A DNA stretch of 26,576 bases, from the IMG/VR virus record IMGVR_UViG_3300044724_000347, positions 1-26,576 of that record; one strand, written 5' to 3'. The DNA comes from a virus. Taxonomy: Duplodnaviria; Caudoviricetes. The notes under the pieces were generated by a model. It had not been told where the DNA came from and searched no databases. It saw only the letters and a program-made list of their open reading frames with translations. How positions within the stretch are numbered: the stretch's first letter is position 1; the number at the start of each line of letters is the position of its first letter. The position numbers and the translations under genes are program-made. Shown here one piece after another: positions 26,352-26,576 of this stretch.

Positions 26352-26501
26352 ATGGCTAAACCAAAACAGTCAGTAGCCAAGACTCACGATTATCAGAGAG
26401 CCAAAACTAAACGAACTTCTATCGGCTCTTCACCAAACACTTATCCTAAAAACAAAAATAAAAAAGCTCAGTTCAAGAAGTACAGAGGTCAAGGAAGATG
26501 A
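26352..26501 (+). CDS. Small very basic phage protein, 49 aa, ending KKYRGQGR; not in the ORF track
   Basis: MAKPKQSVAKTHDYQRAKTKRTSIGSSPNTYPKNKNKKAQFKKYRGQGR; ATGA overlap with the next gene. Confidence 0.75.
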   Translation: MAKPKQSVAKTHDYQRAKTKRTSIGSSPNTYPKNKNKKAQFKKYRGQGR

Positions 26502-26576
26502 TTGATAAATTCATAGAACCAGTCAGCAAGATATTAGACAAGTTTGTTGCTGACAAAGATTTAAAAGCTAAGTTGC
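26498..26576 (+). CDS. Probable 3-TM holin (GTA holin / DUF3154-like), 3'-truncated
   Basis: MIDKFIEPVSKILDKFVADKDLKAKL matches the I.PV..ILDKF..DKD...KL N-terminus of this family; only 26 codons are visible. Confidence 0.6.
   Translation, partial: MIDKFIEPVSKILDKFVADKDLKAKL

Noticed and set aside
1-26576. Alternative genetic code or stop-codon recoding
   Set aside because: Genes are full length and densely packed under the standard code, and TAA, TGA and TAG all end genes.

Overview
The whole window is one co-oriented (+ strand), tightly packed, AT-rich segment of a tailed dsDNA phage with a lambda-like siphovirus gene order. The gene set resembles environmental or marine phages, but that is inference and the host cannot be read from the sequence. 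Left part (1-4843): end of a probable ssDNA-binding protein, a Toprim primase/RepA-type helicase fusion, a phased repeat plus palindrome (candidate replication origin), a PD-(D/E)XK-like nuclease, a DUF3310 protein, small ORFs and a displaced gpZ-like gene. Next come a candidate cos site, Nu1/gpA-type terminase, a gpW-like adaptor, a lambda-type portal, and a roughly 940-aa capsid polyprotein (three extra N-terminal domains + HK97-type protease + scaffold + major capsid protein). The tail module has tandem paralogous head-closure genes, terminator, tube, a G/GT chaperone with a clear -1 frameshift, a short tape measure, distal tail/hub/tip proteins and a 1430-aa repeat-built fibre with an S74 chaperone. 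The window ends at the start of a lysis cassette. Most interesting: the capsid polyprotein carrying probable cargo domains, the origin-like repeat/palindrome, the duplicated head-closure gene, and apparent avoidance of GC-rich restriction palindromes. No integrase, tRNA, CRISPR array or reverse transcriptase was seen. All family calls come from motif recognition by eye and synteny, not from database searches.
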